A stretch of DNA of 64,000 nt from Candidatus Eiseniibacteriota bacterium (lineage in GTDB: Bacteria; Eisenbacteria; RBG-16-71-46). Under the pieces are notes generated by a model. The model was not told the DNA's origin. It made no database searches and saw nothing but the letters and a program-made list of their open reading frames with translations. Of the stretch, positions 37,027 to 47,876 are shown in pieces. Made by a program: the position numbers and the translations under genes. Within the stretch, counting starts at the first letter, position 1. Every line of letters starts with the position of its first letter. The DNA is taken from positions 192,001-256,000 of the forward strand of contig CAVZLN010000004.1 in assembly GCA_963776245.1 (NCBI GenBank), in the 5' to 3' direction.

Positions 37027-38874
37027 ATGAGACGCCTGCCGCCCCCTCCCAGGACGCTGGCCGTGTTCGTCGCCGGGTTGACGCTCGCCGCGCTCGCGGG
37101 CTGCTCGCGAACGAAGGCGCCGCTCGACACGGGCTATCACGATCCGAACCCGCTGCCGGCGGACACCATGACGGTGCCGGTGCGCGAACTCGGCGTGCAC
37201 GGCGGGCGGTTCGTGCTCGGGCAGACCGCGAGCCCGAAGAGCTTCAACTTCCTGGTCGCGAACGACAGCCCGTCGCGCGACGTGAACGCGCTGCTGTTTT
37301 CCGGGCTGACGGAGTTCGACAACGAGACCGAGGAATCCTACCCGCTGCTCGCGAAGTCGTGGGACGTGAGCCCCGACGGCACCACGTACACCTTCCGCCT
37401 GCGCCGCGGGCTGAGGTTCTCGGACGGGCATCCGCTGACCTCGTCCGACGTGCTGTTCATGTTCGAACTGGTGTACGACGAGGTGCTTCATCCCTCCCTC
37501 CAGGAGCTGCTCAAGGTGGACGGGAAGCCGCTCGAGGTCAGCGCGCCCGACTCGTTCACCGTGGTCGTGAGGTCGCCGCGTCCGTACGCCCTCATGGTGC
37601 CCGCGGTCGGCGCGCTGCGCATCATGCCCCGCCACGTGCTCGAGCCCGCGTTCCGGGCGGGCCGCTACGCCCAGATGTACCGGACCACGACGCCGCCCGA
37701 GAGCGTGGTGACCAGCGGCGCCTGGCGGCTGCGCCAGTTCGTCCAGGACGAGCGCACCGCGTTCGAGCGCAACCCCTACTGGTTCCAGGTGGACGAACGC
37801 GGCGGCCGCCTGCCGTACCTCGACGAACTGGTGGTGCTCACGGTGCCGGACCAGAACGGCGCGGCCGCGCAGTTCCAGGCCGGCGAGCTGGACGCCCTCG
37901 ACAACGTGAAGCCGGAGGACTACCGGAGCTACACGGAGGGCCAGGCGAAGGGCGGCTACACGTTCTACGACCTCGGCCCGTCGCTGACGTCGGCGTGCCT
38001 CTGGTTCAATCTGGCGCGCGTCCAGGCGGACACCGCGCACGCGGCGCGGCCCGGGAAGCCGGTCGGCGCCCCGTACGTGGACCCGGTGAAGTACCGCTGG
38101 TTCTCCGACTCCCGGTTCCGCCGGGCGGTCTCGATGGCGATCGACCGCGACGCCATCATCCGGGGCGTGTATCACGGCGAGGCGGTGCAGAGCTGGAGCC
38201 AGGTCACCCCGGGGAACAAGCACTGGTCGGATCCCTCTCTGGTGGGGGCAAGCTACGATCCCGCCGGCGCGAAGCGCCTGCTGGCGGAGATGGGCTTGCG
38301 CGATGCCAACGGCGACGGCGTGCTCGAGGACGCGCAGGGGCACCCGGTCTCGTTCACCCTGAAGACGAACAGTGACAACAACACGCGCCTCGCGATGTGC
38401 GAGTTCGTGCGGGACGACCTGGCGAAGGTCGGGATGCGGGTGATCCCGGCCGGCGTCGCGATGCCCACGCTGGCCTCGAACATCCAGGACGACCACCAGT
38501 ACGAGGCGGCGCTGCTCGGTCTCGGCACCGGCGTGCCCCCGGATCCGGGCATGGCTCAGAACGTCTTCCGCTCGAGCGGCAAGCTTCACTACTGGAATCC
38601 GCGCCAGCCGGCCCCCGAGACCGCGGCCGAGGCGCGCATCGACACGCTGATGGCGCTCAATGTCTCGACGCTCGACCTCGAGGTCCGCCGGCGCACCTGG
38701 CGGGAGGTGGAGCAGATCATCAACCGCGAGTGTTTCCTCGTCTGGCTGCCGGCGCAGAACCTCAAGGTCCCGGTACGGAACGGATTCGGGAACGTTCGCC
38801 CGAGCGTCATCCCGCACCGCATCCTGTGGAACATCGCGGAGGTGTTCGTGAGACCCACGGGCGCCCGGAGGTAG
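37027..38874 (+). CDS. Peptide/nickel ABC transporter substrate-binding lipoprotein (family 5)
   Basis: Lipobox LAGC; LAKSWDVSPDGTTYTFRLRRGLRFSDGHPLTSSDV; RRAVSMAIDR. Confidence 0.88.
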   Translation: MRRLPPPPRTLAVFVAGLTLAALAGCSRTKAPLDTGYHDPNPLPADTMTVPVRELGVHGGRFVLGQTASPKSFNFLVANDSPSRDVNALLFSGLTEFDNETEESYPLLAKSWDVSPDGTTYTFRLRRGLRFSDGHPLTSSDVLFMFELVYDEVLHPSLQELLKVDGKPLEVSAPDSFTVVVRSPRPYALMVPAVGALRIMPRHVLEPAFRAGRYAQMYRTTTPPESVVTSGAWRLRQFVQDERTAFERNPYWFQVDERGGRLPYLDELVVLTVPDQNGAAAQFQAGELDALDNVKPEDYRSYTEGQAKGGYTFYDLGPSLTSACLWFNLARVQADTAHAARPGKPVGAPYVDPVKYRWFSDSRFRRAVSMAIDRDAIIRGVYHGEAVQSWSQVTPGNKHWSDPSLVGASYDPAGAKRLLAEMGLRDANGDGVLEDAQGHPVSFTLKTNSDNNTRLAMCEFVRDDLAKVGMRVIPAGVAMPTLASNIQDDHQYEAALLGLGTGVPPDPGMAQNVFRSSGKLHYWNPRQPAPETAAEARIDTLMALNVSTLDLEVRRRTWREVEQIINRECFLVWLPAQNLKVPVRNGFGNVRPSVIPHRILWNIAEVFVRPTGARR

Positions 38875-38886
38875 CGGGACCTCCGC

Positions 38887-39852
38887 ATGCACACGTACGT
38901 GCTCCGACGCGTGCTCCAGGCGGTCCCGCTGCTGTTGGGGGTCTCGGCGCTCACGTTCCTGCTGCTCCATCTCGCGCCCGGGGACTTCCTCTCCACGATG
39001 GCCGAGAACCCCTCGATATCGCCCGAGAGCCTCGACGCGATGCGCCGGCGCTTCGGGCTCGACCAGCCGTGGTGGACGCAATACCTGCTCTACCTGCGCA
39101 ATCTGGCGCGCCTCGACATGGGCGAGTCGTTCTCGCGGCACCTGCCGGTGTTCGACGTCCTGAGGGCGGCGCTCGGGAACACGCTCCTGCTCTCGGTCGC
39201 GGCGGCGATCGTGACGTGGGGGCTGGCGATCCCCCTCGGCGCGCTCGCCGCGGTGCGCCAGCACACCGCGGTGGACCGCGGGCTCACCGTCCTCGCGGTG
39301 GTCGGCCTGTCCGTTCCGGAGGTGCTCTCCGGACTGCTGCTGCTGTGGTTCGCCGTGCGCACGGGCTGGTTTCCGGCCGGCGGCATGCACGCGGTGGGGT
39401 GGGACACCATGGCTCCGCTCGCGCGCGTGCTCGACGTGCTCCATCGCCTGGTGCTCCCGGCGCTGGTCGTGGGGATCGTGCCGCTCGCGGGCCGCATGCG
39501 CCAGATGCGCTCCAGCGTGCTCGACGTGCTGCGGCTCGATCACGTCATGGTGGCGCGCGCCAAGGGGCTCGACGAGGGCACCGTGGTGCGCCGGCACGCC
39601 GTCCGCAACGCGCTCAACCCCATGATCACCCTGTTCGGGTACACCCTCGGCTCCCTGGTCTCGGGCGCGTTCGTGGCGGAGGTCATCTTCGCGTGGCCGG
39701 GTCTCGGGCGCGTCACGATGGACGCCCTGCTGGCGCAGGACCCGTACCTCGTGATGGGCTCGGTGCTGATGGCCTCGACCGTGCTGATCCTCGGCAATCT
39801 CGCCGCCGACCTGCTGCTCGTGGTCGCCGATCCGCGCCTCGCCGATGGCTGA
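38887..39852 (+). CDS. Peptide ABC transporter permease (OppB/DppB)
   Basis: [34 protein letters not shown]. Confidence 0.9.
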   Translation: MHTYVLRRVLQAVPLLLGVSALTFLLLHLAPGDFLSTMAENPSISPESLDAMRRRFGLDQPWWTQYLLYLRNLARLDMGESFSRHLPVFDVLRAALGNTLLLSVAAAIVTWGLAIPLGALAAVRQHTAVDRGLTVLAVVGLSVPEVLSGLLLLWFAVRTGWFPAGGMHAVGWDTMAPLARVLDVLHRLVLPALVVGIVPLAGRMRQMRSSVLDVLRLDHVMVARAKGLDEGTVVRRHAVRNALNPMITLFGYTLGSLVSGAFVAEVIFAWPGLGRVTMDALLAQDPYLVMGSVLMASTVLILGNLAADLLLVVADPRLADG

Positions 39853-40939
39853 GCCGCCCGCGCTCGGGCCCGGCACGGGGGTGCTGCGCCGCTTCCGCCG
39901 CAACCGCATCGCGGCGGGCGCCGCGGCCCTGCTGGGAGCGTTCTACCTCGCCGCGCTGGTGGCGCCATTCCTCGCGCCCTACGCCCAGGAGGAGATGGAC
40001 CGCTCGCGCTTCCTGCATCCGCCCCAGCGGGTGCGCTGGGTGGACGCGGCGGGGCGGGTCCACGCGTGGCCGTTCGTGTATGGCAGCCGGCCGGACGCCA
40101 CCGGATTCGCCTACACCGAGGATCGCACCCGGATGGTGCCGCTGCGGGTGTTCGTCACCGGCGCTCCCTACCGGCTCGCGGGCCTGCTGCCGTCCCGCCT
40201 CCACCTGTTCGGGGCCGCGGCGCCCGACCGGATCAACCTGCTCGGCACCGACACGCGCGGCCGTGACGTGCTGTCGCGGGTGCTGTACGGCGCGCAGGTG
40301 TCGCTCAGCGTGGGGCTGGTGGGGATCGTGATCTCGTTCACGCTCGGCCTGCTGGTCGGTGGGATCGCGGGCTACGCCGGAGGCTGGTGGGACGTGCTCG
40401 TGATGCGCACCGTCCGAACTGCTGCTGAGCGTGCCGGTGCTCTACCTGCTGATCGCGCTGCGCACGCTGTTCCCCGCCGAGATGCCGAGCGGGCAGGTCT
40501 ACCTCGGCATCGTCGCGATCCTCGCGCTCATCGGCTGGGCGGGCCTCGCGCGCGTGATCCGCGGGATGGTGATGTCGATCCGCCGCACCGACTACGTCGC
40601 CGCGGCGGAGGCCCTCGGGATGAGCCCAGCGCGCGTGCTGGTGCGCCACATCCTGCCCAATACGATGTCGTTCGTGGTGGTGGCGGCGACGCTCGCGGTG
40701 CCCGGGTACATCCTCGGCGAGGTCGTGCTCTCGTTCCTCGGCGTCGGAGTGCAGGAGCCGGGAGCCTCGTGGGGCAACATGCTCAACCAGGCGCGCAGCC
40801 CGAACGTGCTCTCCTCCTCGCCGTGGCTGCTGATCGCGCCGGGCGCGGCGATCTTCCTCACCGTGATGGCCTTCAACCTGCTGGGGGACGGGTTGCGCGA
40901 CGCGCTCGACCCGCGCGACCCCGACGGAGGGCGCGCCGG

Positions 40940-40943
<4 letters not shown>
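39845..40943 (+). CDS. Peptide ABC transporter permease (OppC/DppC); frameshift near 40412
   Basis: [44 protein letters not shown]. Confidence 0.87.
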
Positions 40944-42977
<2,034 letters not shown>

Positions 42978-43167
42978 GCGCGGCCGCGCGCATTCCCCCA
43001 GCGCTGCTGACCCGCGCCGGGTGGGCGCGCCCAGCCTCGCCGTCCCGCGGTCCTCTCCGCCGCGCGCGCCCGCGCGGTCACCGCGGTCGGCGAGGGCGCC
43101 CGCAAGCCATTGCCCGCTTTGGGAGTCGCCCGCGGCCAGCCGGCCCCGCGCGGCCGGCGATCGGGTC

Positions 43168-43182
43168 TGGCACCGCGCTTGC
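43168..43182 (+). promoter_or_regulatory. Sigma54 (RpoN) -24/-12 promoter
   Basis: TGGCAC-CGCGC-TTGC, exact consensus and spacing; partial IHF-like CAA-N4-TTG on the minus strand at 43103-43112. Confidence 0.75.
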
Positions 43183-43193
43183 CCTACGTGATA

Positions 43194-43440
43194 GGTGCGA
43201 CCGGCGAGGCGAGACCGGACGCGGAGGCGGCGGCGAATGCCGGGTCTCCGCGGGCGGAGCAGCCCGAAGGTCTAAAGCCTGAAGGTGTGTTCCCTGCTCG
43301 ACTCGTGATTGGCCGGCTGTGGGCTGATCCCCCTATCGCGAGCGAAGGAGTCTTACGGACTGGCACACGGTCTGAGCGGGGAACGAATGTAGGGCCCCGT
43401 GCCCGCGGGATAACGCACCCTGTGCTCACTCATCTCGCCG
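43194..43440 (+). ncRNA. Candidate structured ncRNA of unknown family
   Basis: Begins at the predicted sigma54 TSS; nested pairings 43194-99/43414-19, 43211-16/43243-48, 43248-55/43401-08, 43289-99/43374-84, 43304-07/43366-69, with G-U pairs on the + strand. Confidence 0.55.
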
Positions 43441-43533
43441 CGGCCGGGGCCCATGAATTCGCCCGGGGACCCTCTCCCCGGCCGCCCGCCGCGCTCCCCG
43501 CCCGCTGGCCGGCCCCCCGCCGTGTCCGGCGCA

Positions 43534-43563
43534 TTGACCCAACCCTCCGCACCCTGCTAACTT
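43534..43563 (+). promoter_or_regulatory. Putative sigma70 promoter for the BMC operon
   Basis: TTGACC-18nt-TAACTT with extended -10 TGn. Confidence 0.5.
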
Positions 43564-43624
43564 GCGTCGATTCAACATCCCGTCGGGCAGGACACCTCAG
43601 GAAAACGGAGAGCGGACGCGACGA

Positions 43625-43933
43625 GTGGGACGCGAGGCGCTGGGACTGGTCGAGACACGCGGCTGGGTGGCCGCCGTCGAAGCGGCGGACGCCATGTGCA
43701 AGGCCGCCCGGGTCCGCCTCGTGCGCTGCGAGATCGTCCGCGACGCCCTGGTCACCGTGCAGGTGCGCGGCGCCCTGGGGGAGGTCGAGGCCGCCGTCGC
43801 GGCGGGCTGGAATGCCGCGCGGCGAGTGGGCGAGCCTCTGGCCCGTCATGTCATCCCGGCTCCTGACCCGTCGCTCGAGGAGTCGATCGCAGGGCCGCCC
43901 GATCGGGCGGAGGATCCAACGCAGGCACCCTGA
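43625..43933 (+). CDS. BMC-H shell protein, divergent pore
   Basis: [32 protein letters not shown]. Confidence 0.85.
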   Translation: MGREALGLVETRGWVAAVEAADAMCKAARVRLVRCEIVRDALVTVQVRGALGEVEAAVAAGWNAARRVGEPLARHVIPAPDPSLEESIAGPPDRAEDPTQAP

Positions 43934-43950
43934 CCACGGAGGAGCACCCC

Positions 43951-44250
43951 ATGCAGGAAGAAGCTCTTGGCCTGATCGAGACGCGCGGCTGGGTGGCGAT
44001 GGTGGAGGCCTCCGACGCCATGGTGAAGGCGGCCCGTGTGCAGCTGGTGCACTACGAGAAGATCGGCGGCGGCTACGTGACCGCGATCGTGCGCGGCGAC
44101 GTCGCGGCGGTGCGCGCGGCCACCGAGGCCGGAGCGGCCGCGGCGGCCAAGGTGGGCGAGGTGGTGTCGGTGCACGTCATCCCGCGTCCGCACGGCCAGC
44201 TCGAGGAGGTGCTCCCGATCCGCCGTCCCGAGCCGTCGGGCAAGAAGTAG
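43951..44250 (+). CDS. BMC-H shell protein (EutM/PduA-like)
   Basis: [38 protein letters not shown]. Confidence 0.95.
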   Translation: MQEEALGLIETRGWVAMVEASDAMVKAARVQLVHYEKIGGGYVTAIVRGDVAAVRAATEAGAAAAAKVGEVVSVHVIPRPHGQLEEVLPIRRPEPSGKK

Positions 44251-44252
44251 CC

Positions 44253-44570
44253 GTGATCCTCGCGCAGGTCATCGGCACGGTGGTGTCGACGCGCAAGGAC
44301 GCCGGCCTGCTCGGCCTCAAGCTCCTGCTCGTGCGCGAGGTGGACGCGGCGTTCAAGCCGGCCGGGACGTTCGTGGTCGCGGCCGACGCGGTCGGGGCCG
44401 GCGCCGGCGAGCTGGTGATGGTCGCCCAGGGCTCCTCGGCGCGCCTGACCGAGGTCTCGCGCGAGAAACCGGTGGACGCCGTGATCTGCGGGATCGTCGA
44501 CTCGGTCGAATCGGGCGGTCACGACATCTACCTCAAGCACGCGCCCGGGCATCGCCCGGCGTCGGCGTAA
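44253..44570 (+). CDS. BMC-P vertex protein (EutN/CcmL)
   Basis: AQVIGTVVSTRK, AADAVGAGAGE, GSSAR, PVDAVICGIVD. Confidence 0.92.
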   Translation: MILAQVIGTVVSTRKDAGLLGLKLLLVREVDAAFKPAGTFVVAADAVGAGAGELVMVAQGSSARLTEVSREKPVDAVICGIVDSVESGGHDIYLKHAPGHRPASA

Positions 44571-44585
44571 GCACCGGCCGCCGCC

Positions 44586-46002
44586 ATGGCGATCGACGAG
44601 AAGCGCATCGAGTCCATCGTCTCCGAGGTGCTGGAGCGCCTCGAGGCCGGACCGGGCGCCGCCCGGGGGGCCGCGCCGCTCGGCGTGCATCCCGATCTCG
44701 ACACCGCGGTGGCCGCGGCGCGCCAGGCGTTCGCGGTCTTCGACCGGACGCCGCTCGCGACGCGCTACCGCATCGTCACCGCGGTCCGCGAGACCATGCT
44801 CGCGAACCTCCGCGTCCTCGCGGAGATCGCGGTGCGGGAGACCGGGCTCGGACGGGTCGACGACAAGATCCTCAAGAACCGGCTGGTCGCCGAGAAGACC
44901 CCCGGCATCGAGGACCTCGAACCGGTCACCTGGACCGGCGACCACGGCCTGACGCTCGCGGAGCGCGCCCCGTACGGCGTGATCGCGGTGATCACCCCGG
45001 TCACCAACCCGACCGAGACCATCATCAACAACGGCATCTCGATGGTCGCGGGCGGCAACGTGGCGGTGTTCTGCCCGCACCCCAGCGCGCGCCAGGTCTC
45101 GACGCTCACGATCGACCTGTTCAACCGCGCGGCGATGCGGTCCGGGTCGCCGATGCCGCTCCTGCACTCGGTCGCGGAGCCGACCATCGAGGTGGCCCAG
45201 ACGCTCCTGCACTACCCGGGCATCCGCCTCAACGTGGTCACCGGCGGTCCGGGGGTGGTCCGGGAGGCGATGGCCGCGGGCAAGAAGGCGATCACCGCCG
45301 GGCCCGGCAATCCGCCCACCGTGGTGGACGAGACCGCCGACCTCGAGCGGGCGGCGCGCGACCTCGTCATGGGCGCCTCGCTCGACAACAACATCATCTG
45401 CACCGACGAGAAGGAGGTCATCGCGGTCGCGCTGATCGCCGACCGTCTCAAGGAGGCGTTCGCGCGCAGCGGCGCGATCGTGCTCCAGCCGCACCAGACC
45501 GAGCGGCTGCGCGCGCTGGTGCTCGAGAAGGAGCAGGGCCCGCGCAAGCACGCGGCCATCAAGCGCAGGTTCGTGGGCCGCAACATCGACGTGATCCTCG
45601 CCGAGGCGGGGATCCCGTGCGACCCGTCCAAGCGCATCGCGCTGTGCGAGGTGGACGCGCGACCATCCGTTCCTGTGGACCGAGATGATGATGCCGATCC
45701 TGCCGCTCGTGCGCGTGCGCACCGTGGACGATGCCATCGACTTCGCGATCGAGGTCGAGCACGGCTACCGCCACACCGCCTCGATGCACTCCCGCAACAT
45801 CGACAAGCTCTCGAAGATGGCGCGCCTCTGCGACTGCTCCATCTTCGTCAAGAACGGCCCGAACGCCGCCGGCCTCGGGTACGGCGGCGAGGGCCCCACG
45901 TCGTTCACCATCGCGAGCCCGACCGGCGAAGGCATGACGACGGCGCGCAGCTTCACGCGTCTGCGGCGGTGCACCCTGGTGGACGCGTTCCGGATCGTGT
46001 GA
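44586..46002 (+). CDS. Acylating aldehyde dehydrogenase (EutE/PduP family) with N-terminal encapsulation peptide; frameshift near 45660
   Basis: RIESIVSEVLERL helix; PYGVIAVITPVTNP, TGGPGVV, AGPGNPP, catalytic DNNIICTDEK, EMMMPILP, HTASMHS, TIASPTGEG. Confidence 0.9.
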
Positions 46003-46550
46003 TGCACGTCGCCATCGCCGCCATCGAGACCAGCAGCATCGCCCAGGGCGCGGTCGTCGGCGACGCCATGGTGAAGACCGCCGAGGTGGACCTGCTCGAG
46101 GCCGCGATGCTGTCGCCCGGCAAGTACTGGGTGCTGATCGGCGGCGAGGTCGCCACGGTGCGCGCCGCCTACCGGCGCGGGCTCGAGGTCGCGGCCGAGA
46201 CGCTGCTCGACTCGCTGTTCATCCCGCAGCTGCACGAGATGGTGGTGCCGGCGCTGCGCGGGGTCGCCCCGCACGCGGACCACGACGCGCTCGGCGTGCT
46301 CGAGACCATGACCGCGGCCGCCGCCATCGTCGCCGCCGACCGGGCGGCCAAGGCCGCGAACGTGCTGCTGCGCGACATCCGGCTCGCCAACGGCCTCGGC
46401 GGCAAGGGCGTGGTGCTGCTCACCGGCACCGTGGGCGACGTCCAGGCGGCGATCGAGAGCGGGCGGTCCGAGGCGCTCCAGAAGGGGCTGCTGGCGCGCT
46501 CGGTGGTGGTGCCGCGGCTGGCGGCGCAGATGAAGGCGAAGGTGTTCTGA
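46002..46550 (+). CDS. BMC-T shell protein (PduT-like)
   Basis: Tandem BMC domains: ETSSIAQG..DAMVKTA..SPGKY; ADRAAKAA..RLANGLGGKG. Confidence 0.88.
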   Translation: MHVAIAAIETSSIAQGAVVGDAMVKTAEVDLLEAAMLSPGKYWVLIGGEVATVRAAYRRGLEVAAETLLDSLFIPQLHEMVVPALRGVAPHADHDALGVLETMTAAAAIVAADRAAKAANVLLRDIRLANGLGGKGVVLLTGTVGDVQAAIESGRSEALQKGLLARSVVVPRLAAQMKAKVF

Positions 46551-46840
46551 TGCTGTTCGCGCGCGTCCTCGGCACGGTGGTGTGCACCGAGCGCGTGCCG
46601 TCGTTCCGGGGCCAGCGCCTGCTGCTGATCGAGCCGACCGACCCGGCGGGTGCCGCCCAGGGCGCGCGGCCGCTGGTGGCGATCGACCTGGTGTCGGCCG
46701 CGCCGGGCCAGCGCGTGTTCTACGTGCGCGGCCGCGAGGCGGCGAACGCGCTGCCCGACGCCGACAACCCCGCCGACGCCGCCATCGTCGGCATCGTGGA
46801 CCATGCCACGCACGACCCGGCCGCCGCGGGAGAGCGCTGA
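46550..46840 (+). CDS. BMC-P vertex protein (EutN/CcmL)
   Basis: ARVLGTVVCT, VAIDLVSA.PG, GREAA, DAAIVGIVD. Confidence 0.88.
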   Translation: MLFARVLGTVVCTERVPSFRGQRLLLIEPTDPAGAAQGARPLVAIDLVSAAPGQRVFYVRGREAANALPDADNPADAAIVGIVDHATHDPAAAGER

Positions 46841-47133
46841 TGTTCCTGGCCCGCGTCGTGGGCGAGGTGGTGGCGACGGTCAAGCACCCGCGCGCTCGCC
46901 GGCCAGAAGCTGATGCTGGTGCAGCCCGTCGACCCGGCGGGGAAGGCGGCGGCAGGCTCCAGATCGCGGTGGACACGGTGGAGGCCGGTACCGGGGACCA
47001 CGTGCTGGTGGCCGACGAGGGCAACAGCGCGGCGCAGGTGCTGCGACGACCGCGCGGCCCGATCCGCACCGTGATCGTGGGGATCGTGGACGAGGTGGAC
47101 GTGCCGGGCGAGCCGGAGGGTGCCCCCGATTGA
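46840..47133 (+). CDS. BMC-P vertex protein (EutN/CcmL); two compensating indels near 46890 and 46950
   Basis: ARVVGEVVATVKH / LAGQKLMLVQP in a shifted frame / AVDTVEAGTGD..EGNSA..IVGIVD. Confidence 0.85.
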   Translation: MFLARVVGEVVATVKHPRARRPEADAGAARRPGGEGGGRLQIAVDTVEAGTGDHVLVADEGNSAAQVLRRPRGPIRTVIVGIVDEVDVPGEPEGAPD

Positions 47134-47189
47134 GCGGTGCCGCGGACGCGGCCCGTGGTACATTGGCGTGCGATGGGAGGGTGCATCGA

Positions 47190-47401
47190 GTGCCGCTGTT
47201 CGAGTACCGTTGCACGGCCTGCGGTGAGGACTTCGAGGACGCTCGTCGCACGGGCTGACGCTCCCGCCGCCGCGCTGTCCGCGGTGTGGCGCGGCGAGCG
47301 TTCAACGGCGCATCTCCGCGTTCGCGGTGACGGGCGGGGGCACGACCTCCGCGCCCGGGCCCTGTGGATCGCGAGACTGCGCGTGCCGTCGTCCGGAGTG
47401 A
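47190..47401 (+). CDS. FmdB-family zinc ribbon protein (absent from the ORF track; two frameshifts)
   Basis: GTG PLFEYRCTACGEDFE / ..PRCPRCG..VQRRISAFAV..CGSRDCAC. Confidence 0.7.
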
Positions 47402-47431
47402 GGAAGGGCACCACAGACAGGAGGTCGGGGC

Positions 47432-47740
47432 ATGACCAAGGCCGACCTGGTGGAGGAGATCGCCACGCAGACCGGCGTCTCGAGGAATCACACGGCGATC
47501 ATCGTGGACGGGCTGCTCGACGCGATCTGTCGCGCGCTGAGCGACGGCAAGCATCTCGAGATCCGCGGATTCGGCACGTTCAAGGTGCGTGAGCGGCGGG
47601 CGCGGCGGGCGCGCAACCCGCGCAGCGGGACGGAAGTGCTGGTCCCGGCCAAGATCGTCCCGGTGTTCAAGCCGAGCAAGGAGCTCAAGGCCCAGGTGCT
47701 CGAGGCGACGGAAGTCCCCGAGCCCAGACGCGTGGCCTGA
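47432..47740 (+). CDS. HU/IHF-beta family DNA-binding protein
   Basis: MTKADLV, LEIRGFGTFKVRER, ARNPRSG, VFKPSKELK. Confidence 0.92.
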   Translation: MTKADLVEEIATQTGVSRNHTAIIVDGLLDAICRALSDGKHLEIRGFGTFKVRERRARRARNPRSGTEVLVPAKIVPVFKPSKELKAQVLEATEVPEPRRVA

Positions 47741-47771
47741 GCCGAGCCGCGTCCCCACACGAGGAGAAGGA

Positions 47772-47867
47772 ATGGGTTCTGGAAAGAAGCGGAAGCGCAA
47801 GAAGATCGCCACGCACAAGCGGAAGAAGCGCCTGCGGAAGAACCGCCATAAGAAGCGCATCCGCTAG
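47772..47867 (+). CDS. Small basic protein, AURKAIP1/COX24 (bS22/mS38-like) family
   Basis: MGSGKKRKRKKIATHKRKKRLRKNRHKK; RBS GAGGAG upstream. Confidence 0.8.
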   Translation: MGSGKKRKRKKIATHKRKKRLRKNRHKKRIR

Positions 47868-47876
47868 TCCTCGTCG

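Noticed and set aside
43194..43440. Cobalamin riboswitch, ANTAR dual hairpin or retron msr-msd
   Set aside because: No B12-box or GGGAA core; tandem hairpin loops are 4 nt rather than the 6-nt ANTAR loops; no reverse transcriptase in the window
43110..44252. Long N-terminal extension on the first EutN/CcmL protein
   Set aside because: Open frame overlaps two real BMC-H genes and two promoters; stop-poor GC-rich sequence
44586..46550. Apparent AldDH-BMC-T fusion ORF (654 aa)
   Set aside because: A frameshift near 45660 moves the AldDH C-terminus to another frame (45685-46002); the joining segment is out-of-frame sequence
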